64,000 nt of DNA from a virus (taxonomy: Duplodnaviria; Caudoviricetes), in IMG/VR virus record IMGVR_UViG_3300028128_000337, positions 1-64,000 of that record. The stretch is one strand, 5' to 3'. Both the position numbers and the translations under genes were made by a program. This document shows positions 59,038 to 64,000 of this stretch, one piece after another (the first letter of the stretch is position 1; each line of letters opens with the position of its first letter). The notes under the pieces are model-generated. The model was not told the DNA's origin. It worked only from the letters and a program-made list of their open reading frames with translations, and ran no database searches.

Positions 59038-59066
59038 TTGATTTCACTCTGTAAAGTTCATATAAT
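59038..59066 (+). promoter_or_regulatory. Sigma70-type promoter
   Basis: TTGATT-17 nt-TATAAT-6 nt-ATG. Confidence 0.8.
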
Positions 59067-59072
59067 AGATAT

Positions 59073-59657
59073 ATGATAGTTGATATAAAAAATTATGACG
59101 GCAATTTGATACACAACAGATTTGCATATACATTTTTCAAGAAGAGAACACTACCAATCGGTAACATCATCACATTCAGAGGACCCATGCACGTTGAAGC
59201 AGAGGGAATGATTGATCATGAAGATGTGCTCAAGAACGATTTTATATACAGTGATGATGCTATTAATTTCTGTTGGGAGATACCAGGCATGGACAGCTTC
59301 GGAGCTGTGGCATGGCAGCGACTGTTCAACACCAGCATCGCCAACATCTTACAAAGCATGATTCAAGCACCAATCGAGGTGGACGGAGATGATTTGATTG
59401 TGCACAAAGAGTTCACACGTGGTGGCATCGTGCAACACAAAGGCAAATGCAGCGTGAGCATCACGTACACCAAAGATGGTGCCGCGATCGGTCACACCGG
59501 AATCAACGTGACAGCAGGAGACAAAGCACCACCATTCGCATACAGCACCAACTTGACAGATGAGCAAATCAAATCATTTCAAGACACAATTGTGGAGATG
59601 TTTTATGCCATGAATGATGACATGTTCCTGGCCACCACCAAGATCATCACCAAGTGA
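59073..59657 (+). CDS. DUF366-family protein (lipoate/biotin ligase-like fold)
   Basis: YDG..I..FRGPM.V..MID.ED..IYSDDAINF..E..QRL..DGDDL..K.SVSI..HTGINV. Confidence 0.8.
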   Translation: MIVDIKNYDGNLIHNRFAYTFFKKRTLPIGNIITFRGPMHVEAEGMIDHEDVLKNDFIYSDDAINFCWEIPGMDSFGAVAWQRLFNTSIANILQSMIQAPIEVDGDDLIVHKEFTRGGIVQHKGKCSVSITYTKDGAAIGHTGINVTAGDKAPPFAYSTNLTDEQIKSFQDTIVEMFYAMNDDMFLATTKIITK

Positions 59658-60049
59658 CAATATTCGATTGTCTGAACGACATCTTGTTCACCAAGCGTGG
59701 CAAGCTGTTACAGAATGTTGATGACGAGACCACGTTCAATCAATACATGATCAACAGATGGTGCAGCATGTACAGCCCGGGCATGGCACAACTTGTCAAC
59801 AACACTGTCAACTGGCTATACGGTGCATTTGAGACCAAACAACAATACTATAAATTTGTATCCAGTGTGTTCCCTCGAGTGTCACGTAAACGAATACATT
59901 ACATCAAGAAAATTAAACCAGAAGACACAGACAACGAGCTTGAAAATGTACATTTGATCGCTAAACGACTTGAACTCTCGCAACGAGAGATTAAATCTTA
60001 TTATGAGTACAGCAGCAAACACGGCACAAGTTCAACATGCTCAGGCTAA
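59654..60049 (+). CDS. Clamp loader small subunit (gp62-like)
   Basis: IFDCLNDI..K..FNQYMINRW.SM..QQYY.F..PR..YIKK..LIAK..ELS.RE. Confidence 0.7.
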   Translation: MTIFDCLNDILFTKRGKLLQNVDDETTFNQYMINRWCSMYSPGMAQLVNNTVNWLYGAFETKQQYYKFVSSVFPRVSRKRIHYIKKIKPEDTDNELENVHLIAKRLELSQREIKSYYEYSSKHGTSSTCSG

Positions 60050-60434
60050 TCTGTCTGACAAAGTAAAGGGCACAATCCAACTTGATACATACACAGGTAG
60101 TGAGAATTTCAATCTGTTCGGTTACGAGTTGACACAAGTTCTAGATGACATTATTCTAGTCAAGTATGTCGACTGTAATGATGATGGTACGGAAATATTA
60201 AAGAACGGTGTGTGGGTGCCTATCAATGTGAACACGTTCACTTGGAGAATAGGTCAAGTAATGTTGGCTGGACCTAATTGCAAGCTGGTCAAAACTGGTG
60301 ATTTTGTGACATTTCCTAATGACAAGGGTATAGCTGTTGGTAATCTTGAGATTGAGAAGGAAGGTAAAGTGAAAAACAGTTGTTTCTTGAATGAGGATCG
60401 TATATTTGGTGTATGTAAACCTAAGAGCGTGTGA
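60003..60434 (+). CDS. GroES-like co-chaperonin
   Basis: VLDDIILVK..NGVWVP..GQVMLAGP..VKTGDFV..LNEDRIFGV. Confidence 0.7.
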   Translation: MSTAANTAQVQHAQANLSDKVKGTIQLDTYTGSENFNLFGYELTQVLDDIILVKYVDCNDDGTEILKNGVWVPINVNTFTWRIGQVMLAGPNCKLVKTGDFVTFPNDKGIAVGNLEIEKEGKVKNSCFLNEDRIFGVCKPKSV

Positions 60435-60817
60435 AAGTTGGCGCTAGCACGTTAAGTGTGTTGTTAGAAAACAACGTGCTAGAAGTAAAATTTAAAAGAC
60501 GGATACCTGTGGCAGGCAAACCTTCCACCAGGAGAATGCTATGCACAAACAGCCCAGTGTTGTTGTTGAGCACCGCCGGGAGAGAGACACTACATTACAC
60601 ATCACCTAGTGGTCCACCCAAATACAACACCGCCAGCAAAAATGTAGTGATAGCCTGGGATATATTCAAACAGGATTACCGAGCCATCAGTGTGGACAAC
60701 CTCGAGGTGATAAGTCAAATGCCCGTGAGCGGAGATGGTACAGATTTTTGGGAATATTTCAACAACACAATATATCCCATGACCCCTCAACAGAAGGAGG
60801 CTTTTTTCAATGTCTGA
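60431..60817 (+). CDS. Conserved phage SH3/WYL-like protein (DUF2693-like)
   Basis: VLEVKFKRR..RRMLCT..VIAWDIFKQDYRAI. Confidence 0.55.
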   Translation: MKVGASTLSVLLENNVLEVKFKRRIPVAGKPSTRRMLCTNSPVLLLSTAGRETLHYTSPSGPPKYNTASKNVVIAWDIFKQDYRAISVDNLEVISQMPVSGDGTDFWEYFNNTIYPMTPQQKEAFFNV

Positions 60818-61163
60818 CACACCGTACAACACTCTAGAGTGTCTCAAAAAATTGTTACAGAAAGAAGTGGTATTTCTGCTTGGTCAAAAGAGTGTACGCA
60901 AGGGTAGATTGCTGCTTTACAACATACATGATTATCATGTGAAATTCATGATACACACAAATAAAAACATAAACAAAACATACGAAGTACCATATCCATA
61001 CAACGTCACACATAGTGACAATCACGTCAGTTTCTCGTACACAATCAAAGATTTTTGTAGGGACAACGCGAACAAGCATGATGTAGTGATGTGTAAATAT
61101 GGATCTTCAATCAATAAATTTTTCGACAAACGACTCACAATTTCAGTTATAGACCTGCAGTAG
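60810..61163 (+). CDS. Hypothetical protein
   Basis: Overlapping ORF run. Confidence 0.6.
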   Translation: MSDTPYNTLECLKKLLQKEVVFLLGQKSVRKGRLLLYNIHDYHVKFMIHTNKNINKTYEVPYPYNVTHSDNHVSFSYTIKDFCRDNANKHDVVMCKYGSSINKFFDKRLTISVIDLQ

Positions 61164-61176
61164 AATAAATAATTGT

Positions 61177-61758
61177 ATGGCTATAATAAAACCGGTATAT
61201 ACTAACATTCCGCAGATAGGTGCTGTGGAGTACACTCTAGGAGGCAAAGTTCCAGTAGATGCAGACACGGTCACAGACGTCGGAGCGCGCTTCACTAACA
61301 AAAAATCAAACACCACCATAACGGTGAAGAGTTTGTACACGTTAGAAGAAGGTGACACCATCAGAATGAAGTCCTCAAGTGGTACAAGTTATGTATTGAC
61401 CGCCTCCGCCGATGGTACCACCAGTGAGGATACCACGGCCCCGAAATATGAAATTGGCGCCACCAAGGCAACCACCGCCTCGAACATGAAAGATGCAATT
61501 GCAGCATTGACAAACTTCACTGCCACAGTCAGTGACACTGTGGTGTATGTAACTCAATCAACTGCCGGTGAGGCTGGTAACACTCGAGTTTACAACTCCA
61601 ACAAGGCTTGTATCAGTACTGCAAGCTTCAAGGGTGGGGGATACGCGTATGATGAACATGACGAAGCCACTGAGGCGTTAACGAAGGGTTATGCCAAGAC
61701 TACTGCAGATGCCAAGATGTTAGAACACGCGCGCAAACGCAATCTTGGATTGATCTAA
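61177..61758 (+). CDS. Late virion structural/decoration protein
   Basis: TAAATA 5 nt upstream; Thr/Ala-rich domain TASNMKDAIAA..FTATV..VTQSTAG.AGN. Confidence 0.55.
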   Translation: MAIIKPVYTNIPQIGAVEYTLGGKVPVDADTVTDVGARFTNKKSNTTITVKSLYTLEEGDTIRMKSSSGTSYVLTASADGTTSEDTTAPKYEIGATKATTASNMKDAIAALTNFTATVSDTVVYVTQSTAGEAGNTRVYNSNKACISTASFKGGGYAYDEHDEATEALTKGYAKTTADAKMLEHARKRNLGLI

Positions 61759-61769
61759 CTTCGGATAAA

Positions 61770-62250
61770 TTCAGACACAAAAAACCCTCAAACTAGTGTC
61801 TCTCGATATAGGTATAGTGCTACCTACCGGCTAGAATTGATAATAAAGAACAATTGGATCATGTCGGTAATTTTCTCCGGATGATGTGGTACGCACACAA
61901 TGCACCTATGAAACAACATAGATGCATTGAGTATGGTAATTATATCCGTATTGATATGTTTACGCAAAAGACGCACTCTTCGAGATATTAATTTTATGGA
62001 GAATCCTGACCTAGTAAACTCCGGTTACGAATAACCACTAATATATGCCGACATTTGTCGCAGTTCGGTGCAATGCAGATCTTACTCTGCCGTTTTTCAC
62101 CTGTCGTCTAACAGTTGTGTTTAATTTAGCTTTGTCCATTCTAGCAGTTCTCTCTGCCAAGTCGCAAACCATCATTGAGCCAACTACTACTCACGCTCGT
62201 GTACCGAAAACGCTGATGGGTATGCTGTAGCGTTGTTTCGCACTTGTGCA
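61770..62250 (-). ncRNA. Candidate large structured non-coding RNA
   Basis: No credible ORF in an otherwise gapless genome; many stems; UUCG loop; TTGATT-16 nt-TATCAT promoter pointing into it. Confidence 0.5.
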
Positions 62251-62300
62251 CTATATATATGATAGCGTATAAAAACTAGAAATCAAGCATAAATATAAAT

Positions 62301-63404
62301 ATGAGGAGCAATCCATTTTATTTCGAGATAAAAGACGTGATGACACAGTTTGTTGCTGCGTTCAACAACATAATAATAAGCCGTCATGATAAATCTAAAA
62401 ATGTAAGGTCTAAAGTACATGTTAGATATGTATATGCCCCTAAACAACGTGTGGTACATGACTTGACAAACAAAGCTCGACACTTAACCTTACCGGTGGT
62501 GGCTGTCAATATCACTGGAATCAATCGAGATTCTAGCCGTGTGTTCAACAAACTAGAAGGTGCATATTACACCGGTGAGGAACGACATAGGAGCTCACCC
62601 AAGTCTGACAAATCTAACAAAGCTGTACATATGCTACAACCAGTACCGATCAACATACAAGTCAGTATGAGCATGATGGCACGGTATCAAACAGATATAG
62701 AGCAGATTGTGAGCAATTTTGTACCGTATTGTGACCCTTATATTGTAATTTCATGGATGATGCCGGAAGGTTTCACATATTACGATCAAGAGATTCGAAC
62801 AGAAGTAGAATGGTCTGGTGATATTAGCATGGATTATCCTGATACACTGACTGGTACAGATCCATATCGACTTAGTGCAGACACTACATTCACTATAAAA
62901 ACATGGCTGTTCAAACAAGTGGAGACACCACAAGAGAATATATACAAAATTACAACCAACATATCACCGGTCGTCGACCTCCCGGACATGTCACTAGTCT
63001 TACCGATGTATGATAATGTGACAGAGAGGTCATATGTTGAGGGTTTAGGACCACCGCTAACAGCAGCCCCGTATATCACACATGTTGAAGATGATGGTCA
63101 GACTACCAACAAAGTGGTGCTTGGTTACAATCTGGGTGAAACAAGCAGTGTGTATCTGTCTTGTAACAACATCAACGCATTGAGCGGTGAGCGTGTGCAG
63201 TTGTTTGACAAAACCGGTTTGAACACATTATATCCAGCTTTCACTGGTGTTAGTGTTGATTATGACATCACTAGTGACAACACTATAGTAATTGATGATA
63301 CAATTGTACCACCTGGTGTGATGTATGATATTGTGGTGGTGAGCGCTGGTGGTTATGATACAGCGGTAAACTCACCTCGACACAACCAAGATGTTATATC
63401 GTAA
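62301..63404 (+). CDS. Tail sheath stabiliser / tail terminator (gp15-like) with C-terminal extension
   Basis: FYFEIK..FVAAFNNI.I.R..YAPKQR..LTLP..D..R..PVPINI..QIVSNFVPYCDP..FTIKTWLF. Confidence 0.85.
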   Translation: MRSNPFYFEIKDVMTQFVAAFNNIIISRHDKSKNVRSKVHVRYVYAPKQRVVHDLTNKARHLTLPVVAVNITGINRDSSRVFNKLEGAYYTGEERHRSSPKSDKSNKAVHMLQPVPINIQVSMSMMARYQTDIEQIVSNFVPYCDPYIVISWMMPEGFTYYDQEIRTEVEWSGDISMDYPDTLTGTDPYRLSADTTFTIKTWLFKQVETPQENIYKITTNISPVVDLPDMSLVLPMYDNVTERSYVEGLGPPLTAAPYITHVEDDGQTTNKVVLGYNLGETSSVYLSCNNINALSGERVQLFDKTGLNTLYPAFTGVSVDYDITSDNTIVIDDTIVPPGVMYDIVVVSAGGYDTAVNSPRHNQDVIS

Positions 63405-63448
63405 TAACATAGTTTTAAAAACATGTCGTGTCAATAAATATATAATAG

Positions 63449-64000
63449 ATGACTGACTGCAACAAAACAGTTACAATAGATGGTCTACCGACTCGTGATT
63501 CTGCGACTAGTGATGATTTCTTGATAGTACATAAATCTGGTCAAACGAGCAAAGTCCGGGTTAGTGATTTTGTGTTGGGTGCTGATAATGTAGATTTTTA
63601 TCCAGATCTAGCTGCCATGCTAGACAGAATAACACAACTTGAAACCATAATACAAACGAGTAGTGGTAATTGGAACTCCACACACACAACAACGTCCAGT
63701 AACAGCGGGCAGTGGAGCACTCTCACAACAGAGGATCAACAGACCATAAAAAATACACTCGAACAGAATGTAACAAAATGGACAGACACAGCAAATACCG
63801 TCGATACATACAAGACTGTATGGAACAATACACATGAAATTGTTATGAGCAGTGTGGATGATTGGAACAGTGCACACAACACCATACAGATAAATAGCGA
63901 GAATTGGAACCAGGCGTATCAATCAACACAAGATGGAATGGCTGCTATTCATGAAGCATTGGAAACTATTGAAACATCCCCGTGGTTTGAGCTGTACGCT
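63449..64000 (+). CDS. Fibrous structural protein with 14-aa Trp periodicity, runs off the window
   Basis: Not in ORF track. By hand: MTDCNKTVTIDGLP...SSGNWNSTHTTTSSNSGQW...KWTDTANTVDTYKTVWNNTHEIVMSSVDDWNSAHNTIQINSENW; TAAATA upstream. Confidence 0.7.
   Translation, partial: MTDCNKTVTIDGLPTRDSATSDDFLIVHKSGQTSKVRVSDFVLGADNVDFYPDLAAMLDRITQLETIIQTSSGNWNSTHTTTSSNSGQWSTLTTEDQQTIKNTLEQNVTKWTDTANTVDTYKTVWNNTHEIVMSSVDDWNSAHNTIQINSENWNQAYQSTQDGMAAIHEALETIETSPWFELYA

Noticed and set aside
59654-60049. Clamp loader large subunit, small terminase, capsid and portal genes missing
   Set aside because: The window is only part of the genome, so absence here is uninformative.
61759-62300. tmRNA, RNase P RNA, tRNA cluster or group I/II intron
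   Set aside because: I could not find tRNA-like acceptor/T-arm ends, the RNase P GAGGAAAGUCC motif, or intron core motifs. The 61-aa plus-strand ORF and a 33-aa minus-strand ORF lack support.
2535-63922. Many 60-255 aa ORFs antisense to, or nested in, confidently identified genes
   Set aside because: No motifs or promoters; explained by codon bias on the coding strand.
1-64000. Stop-codon reassignment
   Set aside because: Core genes are full length in the standard code, and TAA, TAG and TGA all end genes.
1-64000. Host assignment
   Set aside because: Clues (sigma70-type promoters, few SD sites, Hc1-like gene, no photosynthesis genes in this window) are not enough to name a host.

Overview
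This 64 kb window is the core of a large T4-like (Tevenvirinae/Kyanoviridae-grade) myovirus genome, densely coded in the standard code. It holds a tail/packaging block (tape measure running off the left edge, two gp26-like hub genes, gp54-, gp19-, gp18-, gp3-, gp17-, gp14- and gp15-like genes) and a full T4-type replisome/recombination set (gp61, RNase H, gp45, gp32, gp41, UvsX, gp43, gp46/47, gp55, UvsW, UvsY, gp62). It also carries a scattered 7-deazaguanine pathway (folE2, queD, queE, queC plus a stand-alone class II glutamine amidotransferase) and a large glycosylation toolkit (about 8 glycosyltransferases, a rhamnose epimerase/reductase, a pyruvyltransferase and a sulfotransferase). Five signals go beyond routine annotation. 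(1) About 18 dispersed, mostly late-promoter genes share an N-terminal leader ending in hydrophobic-x-Glu, like the T4 capsid-targeting sequence; their cargo includes a nuclease, a ligase-fold protein and a nucleotidyltransferase. (2) queC, the amidotransferase, a glycosyltransferase and the helicase form one coupled operon. (3) The palindrome CCGG is strongly over-represented. (4) Early and late promoters sit 5-7 nt from start codons, implying widespread leaderless mRNA. (5) A roughly 500 nt structured non-coding region has its own promoter. All family calls come from motif recognition by eye; no searches were run.
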